The notes: generated by a model not told the origin, from the letters alone. A DNA stretch of 64,000 nucleotides from an uncultured Gemmatimonadales bacterium (GCA_963716255.1 OY970303.1:2240001-2304000), one strand, 5' to 3'. Positions 41,204 through 50,446 are shown, numbered from the stretch's first letter. Made by a program: numbers and translations.

Positions 41204-42454
41204 TCATTCGCAGCTCACTGCCGGCCGATAGGCCTGGTTATACAGGCTGCCGGAGGCGCCGCCGATATCGGTGCCGCCGCCGGTTACCCAGATCAGACCG
41301 TCTACGAAGGCTGACCCGACGACCCCGTGGATGGGAATGGGCATGTTGGGGAGGCTTGCCCACTTGTCGCTCCGAGGATCGTAGTAGTCATGATCGGGCG
41401 TCATGCCGCTCGGCGCCTCGCCGCCCCAGACGTGGAAGCAGCCCCGGGCCATGACCCCGTTCATGCCGCTGCGGCCGCGCAGCATCGGGGCTGCGGTCGT
41501 CCATGCCCGCGTTCGTGGGTCGAAGACTTCGTTCGCATCCGATTTCAGGGGCGACAGACCGTTGCCGAGACGCCCGCCGACGATGTGAACGCGGCCGTTG
41601 ATCGCCGCACCGGTAATGTGATTGCGCTGGCTGGGTAGATTCGGCAGCACCTCCCACCGATCGGCCGCAGGGTCGTAGGCGGCGAAGTCGCTTCCGCGCG
41701 GCACGCGTCCCCCGGCGACGTAGATCTTGCCGCCGTGCACGACAGCCACCCCCCCGCTGCGCGCGGTGGGCATCCGCGCCTTCTCCACCCATACACCCTT
41801 TGCAGGATCCAGCTCGTACACCTGGTCGACAGCCGTGGCGCCCTGTTGATCATCCGTGAGTTGGCCGCCGATCAGGTAGACTTTTCCATTGACGGCGGCC
41901 CCCATCCCGTGGTTGTTGGGCTGCGGGAGCTCCGGTCCGAGCTCCCAGCGGTCGCTCGCGATGTCGTAGACCTGCACCGTGCGGGACGTCTGCCGGGAAG
42001 AGGGATAACCGCCCATGACGTAGATCTTGCCGTTCGATTCGGCGAGGGCAAACTCGGAGTTCGCCACGAGCAGTCCAGCGCGGAGCCCCCATCCGCCGGG
42101 GGCAATCGGCGCGCGGGTGAGCACAAATGCGGAAGCATTTGCCTCCGCTCCGCCTGCTACCGTGACGGAGGACGCGCTCGCCGCATCGATGACGAATCCG
42201 GCCGCAGACGTAACCGCCAGCGTATACGTTCCCGGGGGCACCTTCACGAAGGCGTAGACGCCGCCGGCGCCGCTGTTCGTGGTGCGAGCGGCCTGCCCGT
42301 TTCCGGTCAACGCAACCACGGCGTTCGCAACGCCGGCGCCGCCGTTGTCGGTCACGGTGCCTCGAATGCTGCCATGGGTGACCTGGACCGGATCACGATC
42401 ACATCCGCCTGCTGCAAAAATGACGACTGCCGCGACTTTGAGTGCGCGCCGCAT
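41204..42454 (-). CDS. Lipoprotein: carboxypeptidase-regulatory-like domain + Kelch beta-propeller
   Basis: GGAGG RBS before ATG 42454, AGGC lipobox, six GKIYVxGG...YD...W repeats. Confidence 0.87.
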   Translation of the reverse strand: MRRALKVAAVVIFAAGGCDRDPVQVTHGSIRGTVTDNGGAGVANAVVALTGNGQAARTTNSGAGGVYAFVKVPPGTYTLAVTSAAGFVIDAASASSVTVAGGAEANASAFVLTRAPIAPGGWGLRAGLLVANSEFALAESNGKIYVMGGYPSSRQTSRTVQVYDIASDRWELGPELPQPNNHGMGAAVNGKVYLIGGQLTDDQQGATAVDQVYELDPAKGVWVEKARMPTARSGGVAVVHGGKIYVAGGRVPRGSDFAAYDPAADRWEVLPNLPSQRNHITGAAINGRVHIVGGRLGNGLSPLKSDANEVFDPRTRAWTTAAPMLRGRSGMNGVMARGCFHVWGGEAPSGMTPDHDYYDPRSDKWASLPNMPIPIHGVVGSAFVDGLIWVTGGGTDIGGASGSLYNQAYRPAVSCE

Positions 42455-42800
42455 CGGGCCTCCGACGCCGTGGCTCGGCGGGCTCGGCGGGGTGCTCGGC
42501 GCGGTCGCGGAGCCTGCGCGTGCGGAACTGAACGCTGCTGCCAGCGCTACTGCCAGTTTCATAAACGCTCTCCAGGGAAGTTCATCGATGCTCGGGCCGA
42601 CCATCCCCAACCAGGTAGTTGTGCCCCACCTCCAACTCATCCATGGAATGAACGCGCCGCGCTTCGCGATTGTGACATCCCCATCTGACTGCCGGTAGAT
42701 CTGGATCCTCGCGTGCGATTCGGAGTCGGCCTAATCGTTTCCCACGAGGATGAGAGCGGAAACACTGCTCACCGCCTCTCGGACGCCTCTGCGCCTCATG

Positions 42801-42968
42801 TCATCGGAAGGTCGAAAACAGGTCGTGTGTCGGAAATGACGTGACGTGCGCGAGCGCGTCCCATAGCGCGGCATCGAGCTCGCCGTCGTAGTTGCCTGTC
42901 CCGGAGCGAGCGTTGAACAGCGCGACCCACGAGAAGTTGTGATGCGAGCGCACGAGAATGCTCGTCGT
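42801..42968 (-). pseudogene. C-terminal 55 aa of a paralog of the 37407-38747 serine hydrolase
   Basis: TTSILVRSHHNFSWVALFN...ELDAALW...VTSFPTHDLFSTFR* aligns with the end of the intact gene, and the 3' flank is also similar. Confidence 0.88.
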
Positions 42969-42969
42969 C

Positions 42970-43023
42970 CGCCTGAATCAAGCCGACCCGCGAAGCGGGT
43001 TCGGCTCGAATGAATTGTTAGAG
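42970..43023 (-). mobile_element. Short aadA-type attC site, broken at the R' crossover
   Basis: CTCTAACAATTCATTCGAGCCGAACCCGCTTCGCGGGTCGGCTTGATTCAGGCG matches the classic ~60 bp attC pattern, but GTTRRRY is replaced by G/GACGAC. Confidence 0.85.
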
Positions 43024-43122
43024 CAGCGCGCCTCCGGCACCTGAGCCTGAGGACCGAGCAGGCGTACGTAGGCTGGATCCGCCGCTTCGTGCTTCCACGG
43101 CAAGCGCCCTCCCCAGATGGGC
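43017..43122 (+). pseudogene. intI: Integron integrase N-terminal remnant (frameshifted)
   Basis: VRAARLRHLSLRTEQAYVGWIRRFV, then in a shifted frame FHGKRPPQMG, matching the IntI N-terminal consensus RLRHYSxRTEQAYxxWIRRFIxFHGKRHPxEMG. Confidence 0.82.
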
Positions 43123-43136
43123 CACCACGGAGAATG

Positions 43137-43172
43137 GAAGACCCCGACGCCGGGTCCGGCGTCGGGGTCTTC
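43137..43172. terminator. Perfect GC-rich hairpin, probable terminator of the tailoring operon
   Basis: GAAGACCCCGACGCCGG-GT-CCGGCGTCGGGGTCTTC (17 bp arms); weak U-tract. Confidence 0.6.
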
Positions 43173-43436
43173 GCTCGATCTACACTGACGCGTGCCTCGG
43201 CCTACCGTCGATAGAGCGAGTTGAAGAACGGCTTCGAGGCAAGGCGCGGGCACCGGACACCTCAAACCGTTAACGAACAACTTACCGACGCACCCGCCAC
43301 CTGCCCGACGGACCAGCGCTACACGCTGCGTGACGAACCGGAATCTGCGACAGCTCTCCTGGTTGGCCCGGTCGACAGGAAGAAGTGCGTGCGTCCGGCT
43401 ACCCTGCCCCACAAGCTGGACGGCCGCGCGCGGGCC

Positions 43437-44246
43437 TCAGGCCGGCCCTGCCTTCAGCGGGAGGACCGGCGTGTAGTCGCGGCTGCACAGGAACTCGGGG
43501 CGGGGGCTCTTCCGCGGAGTGGGGATGTTGAACACGCTGTTGTAGGTGACGAGCACCAGCTTCCGGTCGAAGGGGGACATGTTCGGCCCCGACCCGTGCG
43601 CCACGTTGGCGTCGAAGAAGAGCACCGAGCCGGCGGGTCCTTTCGGCGCCACCATCCCGCGCGCCTCCACCATGTCTGCGATCATCTCCTTCGTGAGCGT
43701 GTAGCTCAGGTCAGCCGACACATCCGCCGCCCAGGAGGGAGCGTCCGCCTCCATGCCCCCCTTGCGATTCCCCGGGTCGATGACGCCCGCCCTTTGCGAG
43801 CCGGGGACGAAAAGGAGGGGGCCGTTGAACTCGGTGACCTCGTCGAGGAAGACCACGGCGTTGAGCACGCGCGCCGTGGGCATTCCGTCCTCCTTCTGCC
43901 AGAAGATGTAGTCCTGGTGCCATTCCCACACCTCGCCCACGAAAGCCAGCTTGGCGTTTACCTTGAACTGGTGTACGTAGACGTCGCCCTCCAGGATCTC
44001 CCGGGCGGGCTCCAGCAGGCGCGGATCTCTCACGAGCCGGGCGAAGATCTCGTTGGTACGGTGCGAGCCGTACACGGAGCGCACCTGATCCGTGCCTTTC
44101 TCCAGGACACGGGAGGGGGTGTCTTCCGCGAAGATCGCGGGCAGCTCCGCCTTCAGCTCCTCCACTTCGTCCGCCGAGAAGCACCCGGGAAGGAAGAGGT
44201 ACCCGTCTTCACGGAAGCTCCGCACCTGATCGTCGGTCATGTACAT
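43437..44246 (-). CDS. PhyH-family Fe(II)/2-oxoglutarate dioxygenase, L-proline trans-4-hydroxylase-like
   Basis: GDVYVHQFKVNAK..W.WHQDYIFW..EDGM, NGPLLFVPGS, HGSGPNMSP and PRPEFL resemble the Dactylosporangium P4H as recalled; HxD...H triad intact. Confidence 0.85.
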   Translation of the reverse strand: MYMTDDQVRSFREDGYLFLPGCFSADEVEELKAELPAIFAEDTPSRVLEKGTDQVRSVYGSHRTNEIFARLVRDPRLLEPAREILEGDVYVHQFKVNAKLAFVGEVWEWHQDYIFWQKEDGMPTARVLNAVVFLDEVTEFNGPLLFVPGSQRAGVIDPGNRKGGMEADAPSWAADVSADLSYTLTKEMIADMVEARGMVAPKGPAGSVLFFDANVAHGSGPNMSPFDRKLVLVTYNSVFNIPTPRKSPRPEFLCSRDYTPVLPLKAGPA

Positions 44247-44339
44247 GGGAGTCGTCCTCTGGGTGGCGGGAGTGCGGGCTCGCCGGGAGCGATTCGGCGG
44301 GCGGCCCGGAGCCGAAAGTGTGTGCGGTGAGGAGCCGGA

Positions 44340-46364
44340 TCATCGCGCGGCGCAGCGGGGCTGCAGGGTCAGCACGCGCCTGGACCACTGGTCCTTCATC
44401 TCCTCCACCACCTGCCGGACTCGGTCCGCTTCGGTGATCCCCTGCTCGGGCAGGATCTCTCCAAGCGTGCGGGCACCGTCGGCCGCCCAGAGGACCCCGA
44501 ACGCATCCGCCGAGATGGAGACCGACTTCTCGCCGAAGTAGCGGTTGCCGGTGCTTTCCAGCGCGTACTCCCGCGCCCCGCCCGGCGCGGTGCGCATCAC
44601 CAGCTTGCGGGTCACCGCCACGGAGGGGACCAGGGCGAGGTACCCGGCCACGCCTGCCCCGTCGTCGCGCTTGCGGACCAGATAGTCTCCCACCACCAGC
44701 AGGTCGAGCCCCGTAGTGAGGAAACAGGTCACCGCCTCGTCCAGGGAGTCCACGATGGGCTCCGCGTTGTTGTTGAACGAGGTGTTCAGCAGGATGGGAA
44801 CCCCGGTCCTGCGCTCGAAGGCGTGAAGCAGCTCCCAGTAGCGCGGGTTCGCATCCCGCGCGACGGTCTGAACGCGCGCCGTGCCGTCCACGTGCGTGAT
44901 GGCGCCGAGCAGCGGGCGCGCCTCCTCCCGGACGCGGAGGGCGAACGTCATGAACGGGAACTCCGTCGTCTGTCCCGGCAGCTCGAAGAAGTCGCCCGCC
45001 CGCTCCTGCAGGACCGAGGGCGCGAAGGGACGGTAGCCCTCGCGCTTCTTGACCATGGCGTTGATCCGGTTCTTGTTCTCGGCTGGCCGCGGGTCGGCCA
45101 GGATGCTGCGGTTGCCCAGGGCGCGGGGACCGAACTCCGAGCGCCCCTGCGTCCACCCGGCCACCGCACCGTCGGCCAGCAGACGGGCGGTTTCCTCCGC
45201 CACGTCGCCGCAGCGCTCGAAGGTGATCAGTCCTTCCCAGCACCGCAGCCCACGCTCCAGACCGCCGTCGTCCGGGAGGTCGCTTCCCAGGTAGACGTGG
45301 CGCATCGCGGCGGGAGACAGGTCCTCGCCCTCGTCGTGCAGCACCGCCAGCGCCGCCCCCAGTGCATTGCCCGCGTCGTGGGCGGCGGGCTGCACCCACA
45401 CGTCGTCGAACAGGCCGGAGTACGCAATCCGTCCGTTCAGCGAGCAGTTGTGCGCCACGCCGCCCGCCAGGCACAGGCGCCTTGCGCCGGTCTCCGCCTG
45501 GAAGTGCGTGAGCACGTGAAAAACGATTCGTTCGAGCGCCTGCTGGAGCCCAGCCGCGAAGTCTCGGTGCTCCTGGGTGAAGGGCTCTCCCTTTCTGCGG
45601 GCATGCTGCGCCAGCCCGGCCGTCGCCATGAGGCGAAGCAGGGCCTCCCCCCGCGCGACCTCGTAGTCGCCGCCCGGGAGGAGGCGGTACGACTGCGCGA
45701 ACATCTCCGCGTACCGCCCCGGCTCGCCGTAGGGGGCGAGCCCCATCACCTTGTACTCGTCGAAGCGGGTGTACCCGACGAAGGCGATGAACTCGCGGTA
45801 GTAGAAGCCCAACGACTTCCTCACCGGGAGCTCACGGAGGACGCGCAGCTCGCTCCCCTCGAAGGTCGCGACCGCGCCGGACAGGCTTTCTCCGACCCCG
45901 TCGATCGACACGACCAGCCCGCGGCCGAAGCCGGAGGGGAGGAACGCGCTCCACAGGTGGGCCTGGTGGTGCCCTACGAAGCGGAGCCGGTCGGCCATGT
46001 CGACGCCGAACTCGCACTGGAGGAGGCCTGCCACCTGGGAGCGGCCGCTGGCCAGCGGGATCGCGGAGTTCTCCAGCGCGCGGCGCAGGTAGTATTGGTT
46101 CGCGTAGGGCTCGGAGAAGGCGACGCCGACGCGGTCCACCTCGTCCAGTGCGACCCCCGCCTTCTCCAGGCAGCGGCGGATCGAGCGAAGGGGAAAGGCG
46201 CTGGAGTGCTTCACCCGGTTCAGCCGTTCCTCCTCGATGGCCGCGACGACCCTTCCGTCCTCCACCAGCACTGCCGCCGCGTCGTGGTGACCCCAGCCGT
46301 ACTCGGGGTCCATGTCTTCGAAGTCGCGAGTGGGAGAAAGGCTGTGGATCCCCAGAACGAGCAT
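44340..46364 (-). CDS. NodU/CmcH/TobZ family O-carbamoyltransferase with C-terminal extension
   Basis: HDAAA, AIEEERLNRVKH, HHQAH, DGVGE, EYKVMGLAPYG, LAGGVAHNC, EFGPRALGNRSILADP, LNTSFN. Confidence 0.95.
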   Translation of the reverse strand: MLVLGIHSLSPTRDFEDMDPEYGWGHHDAAAVLVEDGRVVAAIEEERLNRVKHSSAFPLRSIRRCLEKAGVALDEVDRVGVAFSEPYANQYYLRRALENSAIPLASGRSQVAGLLQCEFGVDMADRLRFVGHHQAHLWSAFLPSGFGRGLVVSIDGVGESLSGAVATFEGSELRVLRELPVRKSLGFYYREFIAFVGYTRFDEYKVMGLAPYGEPGRYAEMFAQSYRLLPGGDYEVARGEALLRLMATAGLAQHARRKGEPFTQEHRDFAAGLQQALERIVFHVLTHFQAETGARRLCLAGGVAHNCSLNGRIAYSGLFDDVWVQPAAHDAGNALGAALAVLHDEGEDLSPAAMRHVYLGSDLPDDGGLERGLRCWEGLITFERCGDVAEETARLLADGAVAGWTQGRSEFGPRALGNRSILADPRPAENKNRINAMVKKREGYRPFAPSVLQERAGDFFELPGQTTEFPFMTFALRVREEARPLLGAITHVDGTARVQTVARDANPRYWELLHAFERRTGVPILLNTSFNNNAEPIVDSLDEAVTCFLTTGLDLLVVGDYLVRKRDDGAGVAGYLALVPSVAVTRKLVMRTAPGGAREYALESTGNRYFGEKSVSISADAFGVLWAADGARTLGEILPEQGITEADRVRQVVEEMKDQWSRRVLTLQPRCAAR

Positions 46365-46590
46365 GGTGAACCTTTCTTGGTTCTGTGTGGATTTCGCCGC
46401 CGGCGGCGGAACTCGGTCGAGGCCGCCCTGCGCGCGAGGGTTGGATTGCCGTGCACCCGGCGGGCTCCTGCGGGCCGGGGCCGCCTGTCAGCGCCGGCGT
46501 TCGCGAGGGTCCGGACAAGTTGTTCGTGCCGCCCCGACTCCGGGCCCGCGCCCGCGGTTCCGGTGAGGGCACCGTGATCGACTGCCTGCG

Positions 46591-47847
46591 TCAGGCCCAC
46601 GCCGCCGCGGGGGAGCCCGCCGCGAGGTCGGCTGCCAGCAGGCGGCCAAGGCGCGAGACGCCCTCCTCGATCATCTCCGCCGGCAGGCTCGCGAAGCACA
46701 GGCGCAGGCAGTGTGCGGCCTGCCAGGGGTCGCGGGCGCAGAAAGCCGCTCCCGGAACGAACGCCACCTGCTCGGAAGCGACGGCGCGCCGCAGGAGCGC
46801 CACGGCGTCGCACCCGGCGGGGAGGGTCACCCAGACGAACATTCCTCCCGTCGGCACGGTCCAGCGCACGGCACGGGGGAAGTGCCGCGTCATCGCGTCC
46901 AGCATGGCATCCCGGCGGGTCCGGTACTCCGCGCGGAGTGCGGCAACGTGCGCCGGGAGCTCCCCCGCTTCCAGGAAGGCCGTCAGGCACCGCTGAGTCA
47001 GCGTGGTCACGTCCAGGTCGCTGCCGTGCTTGAGGATGGAGAGCATGGGGACGAGCGATTCCGGGACGACCATCCACCCCACCCGCAGCCCGGGGGCGAG
47101 GATCTTGGAGAACGACCCCACGTACAGCACCCAGTCCGCGTCCAGGGCCCGCAGCGCCGGCAGCGGGGTCCCGTCGTACCGGAGGAAGCCGTAGGCGTCG
47201 TCCTCCACCAGCGGCACTTCGAAGCGCCGGGCCAGCTCCACCAGCCGCAGCCGCCGCTCGAGGCCGAGCGACACCCCCAGCGGGTTGTGGCCCTCGGGGA
47301 TGACGTAAAGGAACGCGGGGCGCGCGCCTCCCTCCAGAAGCGCCTCGAGGGCGTCCACGTCGATCCCGCCCTCGTCGGAGGGGACGGTGACGACGTCGGG
47401 CCGGAACGGCTTGACCGCGCCGAGGATCCCGTCGTAGACCGTGGCCTCCACCGCCACCTGCCCGCCCTCGTCCAGGAGGAGGCGCGCCAGCAGGCTCATC
47501 CCCTGCTGCGCCCCCGAGGTGAGGAATACCTGCTCCTCCCGGCACTCCACCCCCCGCTCGGCCATCAGTTGGACGATCTGCCGCTTCAGGGGCTCGTGCG
47601 GGACGCCGTACTGGAGCGCCATGGGCCCCGCTTCCAGGACCTGCCGGGTCGCCTGCAGGTATGCTTCCGCGGGAAGGAGCTCCGCCGCGGGAAGGCCGAC
47701 CGCGAAGGAGAGCAGCCCCGGGCGCGAGAGGAGGGGCAGGATCTCCCGAAGCGCCGACGGGGCGCTCGTCCGGGTCCAGGCAGCCAGCGTGCGCTCGATC
47801 GCCGGCCGTGCCGGTGCATCCACACACGTCACAACGGGATCCGTCAT
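46591..47847 (-). CDS. PLP-dependent aminotransferase class I/II (LysN/MocR-like)
   Basis: LTSGAQQG, HNPLG, EDDAYG, GSFSKILAPGLRVGW; AGGAGG RBS before ATG 47847. Confidence 0.92.
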   Translation of the reverse strand: MTDPVVTCVDAPARPAIERTLAAWTRTSAPSALREILPLLSRPGLLSFAVGLPAAELLPAEAYLQATRQVLEAGPMALQYGVPHEPLKRQIVQLMAERGVECREEQVFLTSGAQQGMSLLARLLLDEGGQVAVEATVYDGILGAVKPFRPDVVTVPSDEGGIDVDALEALLEGGARPAFLYVIPEGHNPLGVSLGLERRLRLVELARRFEVPLVEDDAYGFLRYDGTPLPALRALDADWVLYVGSFSKILAPGLRVGWMVVPESLVPMLSILKHGSDLDVTTLTQRCLTAFLEAGELPAHVAALRAEYRTRRDAMLDAMTRHFPRAVRWTVPTGGMFVWVTLPAGCDAVALLRRAVASEQVAFVPGAAFCARDPWQAAHCLRLCFASLPAEMIEEGVSRLGRLLAADLAAGSPAAAWA

Positions 47848-47971
47848 CGTCGTATCCCCTCCTTCCGGCGCGGGGCCGTCTTGCATGGTGACCGAACGGG
47901 GCAGCGGGATTCGGGCCCCAGGGATCGTGGGAAGTCGGGAGAACCGGGTCGGCGGTGCGCGGGGGGGCCCT

Positions 47972-50446
47972 CTACCCGCCCCGCAAGGCCTCCGTAGGCT
48001 GGATCTTGAGGCCTTGCCTGGCAGGTCCTACCACCGCGAGCAGGCCCACGGCGGCCATGAGCGCGGCGACGATGGGCAGGAGGACGATCCCCCTCCCGTC
48101 CATGAGGCCGCCCCCGGTCAGCTTCTCGAGCACGATCGCCAACAGGACACCCACCACGAGCCCGATGGCGAGCTGGGTCGCCGCCCGGGAGAAGATCGCC
48201 CTGACGATCTGCCCCGGATGCGCGCCCAGGGCGGAGCGGATCCCGATCTCGCGCCGGCGCTGGGACACGGTCAGCGACATGAGCGCGAAGATCCCGGCCG
48301 CCGAGAGGAGAAGGACGCTCAGCGTGATGAGCGCGATCGCCGCGGCCCCCAGCTGGATCTCCAGGCGGTCCTTGCGGTAGACCTCGTCCATGGAAAGGAT
48401 GTCGTCCAGCCGCAGGGTGGGATCGAGCGACGTGGTGATCTCCCGGAGCCGCCCGGCGAAAGCCGCCGGTGAGCCTCCCCGTACGCGTACGGCCAGGCTC
48501 ACCGGGTGGACCTGCCCGGGTTCCATGGGATGGTACACCTTGGCTTCGGGCATCCCGGGCTCGATCGCGTTCGCAGGGAGGTTGTTCACGACCCCGACGA
48601 TCTCGTACCAGGGGCCCGGCTCTGCGTCGGACGAGGGTGCGACGTAGCGGAACCGCCGGCCGAGTGGGTTTGCGCTACCAAGGAACTGCTGCACGAACAG
48701 TCTGTTCACGATCACGGCGGTCGCCGCGCCGCTCAGGTCCGCGGACTGGAACTGCCGCCCGGTCAGGGTGGGGACGCGGAAGGCGTCGAAGAAGTCGACG
48801 TCCACCCGGAGGGTCCGCACCTGATGGCTGGGTGCGGCGCCATTCGGCGGCGACACGCCGTCGATCTCTATCGAAGCCGTCAGCTCGTCCGCGCCCGGGA
48901 CTCCGGACGCGAAGGTCACTGCGGAAACGCCCGGCTCCGCGTCCAGGCGCCGCACCAGTTCGGCCTGCAGGCTGGCGAAGCGGGAATCGGCCTCGCGCTG
49001 GTAGGCCTCGGCCTCCGCGCTCGGAACGCTCTCCTGGTCCGTCTCGAGGCGTGCGGTCAGGAACTCCCCGGACGCGAATCCCGGCTCGGCGATTCCGTAC
49101 CGGATCAGCTCCCATCCCATGAAGCCCACCCCGGGGAGGACGGCGACGGCGAAGGCGACCTGGGCGACGATCAGGGTGGACCACGTCCTGCCGAGCTGAA
49201 GCCCCGTACCGCCTCCCAGCTCACGGAGGTTGGACTGGAGGCGGCGGCCGGTAGCCTTCATCGCCGGCACGACGCCCACGATCACGGCGGCGAGAAACGC
49301 GAGCCCCACGACGTAGAGAATCGTGGCGGGGGACAGGCCGAAGCTGACCCAGAAGGGGAGACCGCCGGCGCCCATCTCCCCCGCCAGCACCGCGTTGACC
49401 GGCCGGAGAGCCAGCCCGGCCAGGACGAGCCCGACCACCGCCGCCCCCGCCGACAGGATGAGCGCCTCCACGAAGAGCTGCGTCACGATGCGGCCGCGGC
49501 TCGCCCCCAGCGCGTTGCGCACCGCGATCTCGCCCTGCCGCGTCGCCGTCCGGGCATAGACCAGGATGGCGACGTTCACGCAGATCACGACCAGGAGCAT
49601 GCTGATGAGGAGCTGGACGAGCTGGAGCACCAGGCGCGCCTCCTCGTTGAAGAAGAGAGCCGCGTACGGAACGACGCGGGGCCGGAGCCGCTCGTTGGTT
49701 TCCGGAAAGGCGGTGGCCGTCCGCACCCCGATCGCCGTCAGCTCGGCCTGCGCGTCGTCGAGGGAGGCGCCGCGCGCGAGCCGTCCGAAGACGTTGATCT
49801 CCGGCCCCTGGCGCCGCTCGTAGTCCGAGGGGTCCGCACGCAGGGGGACCCACATGTAGTGGGCGACGGGGAACGAGAAGCCTTCCGGCATCACGCCGAC
49901 CACGGTGTGCACCGTGTTCCCGAGGCGGACTTCGCGCCCGACGATGCCGGGATCGCCGGCGAAGCGGGTCTGCCACGCGTCGTAGCCGATCACGACCACG
50001 GGAGGCGCCCCCTTGCGCTCGTCCTCTGCGACGAGGAGCCTTCCCAGGAGCGGGGACACCCGTGCCACCCGGAACCCGGAGGCGGTCATCTCGGCCACGT
50101 CGACCGGACCGGTCTGCCGGTTGGGAATGATCAGGTTGCGCTCGACCGTCCGGAACGCCGACAGCTCCTGCACCGACTTCGCTTGCTCGCGCCAGGCGGC
50201 GAAGTCGTGCAGGGAGCGGAGCTCCGGGTGGTTCGCCGCGGCGTCCCAGTTCTGGATGCCCACCACGCGGTCGCCCTCGGCCAGCGGCAGCGTGGGAGAC
50301 ATCAGGGTGTAGTAGGCCTCTGAGGAGGTCGCGCCGATCGCGATGGCGACCGCCATCGCAAGCCCCCCGACCAGCGTCAGGACCGGGTACTTGATCAGCA
50401 TCCGGGCGCCCAGCTTGACGTCCAGCCAGGAAATGCCAGTCCTCAT
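47972..50446 (-). CDS. ABC transporter permease, duplicated MacB/FtsX (ADOP-like); no ATPase nearby
   Basis: Two periplasmic plus FtsX halves (RQGEIAVRNALGASR; RRREIGIRSALGA). Confidence 0.9.
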   Translation of the reverse strand: MRTGISWLDVKLGARMLIKYPVLTLVGGLAMAVAIAIGATSSEAYYTLMSPTLPLAEGDRVVGIQNWDAAANHPELRSLHDFAAWREQAKSVQELSAFRTVERNLIIPNRQTGPVDVAEMTASGFRVARVSPLLGRLLVAEDERKGAPPVVVIGYDAWQTRFAGDPGIVGREVRLGNTVHTVVGVMPEGFSFPVAHYMWVPLRADPSDYERRQGPEINVFGRLARGASLDDAQAELTAIGVRTATAFPETNERLRPRVVPYAALFFNEEARLVLQLVQLLISMLLVVICVNVAILVYARTATRQGEIAVRNALGASRGRIVTQLFVEALILSAGAAVVGLVLAGLALRPVNAVLAGEMGAGGLPFWVSFGLSPATILYVVGLAFLAAVIVGVVPAMKATGRRLQSNLRELGGGTGLQLGRTWSTLIVAQVAFAVAVLPGVGFMGWELIRYGIAEPGFASGEFLTARLETDQESVPSAEAEAYQREADSRFASLQAELVRRLDAEPGVSAVTFASGVPGADELTASIEIDGVSPPNGAAPSHQVRTLRVDVDFFDAFRVPTLTGRQFQSADLSGAATAVIVNRLFVQQFLGSANPLGRRFRYVAPSSDAEPGPWYEIVGVVNNLPANAIEPGMPEAKVYHPMEPGQVHPVSLAVRVRGGSPAAFAGRLREITTSLDPTLRLDDILSMDEVYRKDRLEIQLGAAAIALITLSVLLLSAAGIFALMSLTVSQRRREIGIRSALGAHPGQIVRAIFSRAATQLAIGLVVGVLLAIVLEKLTGGGLMDGRGIVLLPIVAALMAAVGLLAVVGPARQGLKIQPTEALRGG

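Larger units (their letters stand above)
28429..43122. mobile_element. Decayed integron / cassette-array remnant with intervening non-cassette genes
   Basis: Four co-oriented attC-like sites on the minus strand, an intI fragment on the plus strand at the upstream end, small cassette-type genes and several gene fragments. Confidence 0.7.

Noticed and set aside
43437..44246. Ectoine hydroxylase (ectD)
   Set aside because: WHQDYIFW replaces the EctD signature WHSDFETWH, and no ectABC genes are present.
46365..46590. RiPP precursor for the RRE-like domain
   Set aside because: No small ORF with an RBS and leader/core character was found here or in the other intergenic gaps examined.
46591..47847. 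HpgT / hydroxyphenylglycine pathway
   Set aside because: No HmaS or Hmo in the window, and the DIFHFG codes match Hpg codes only partly.
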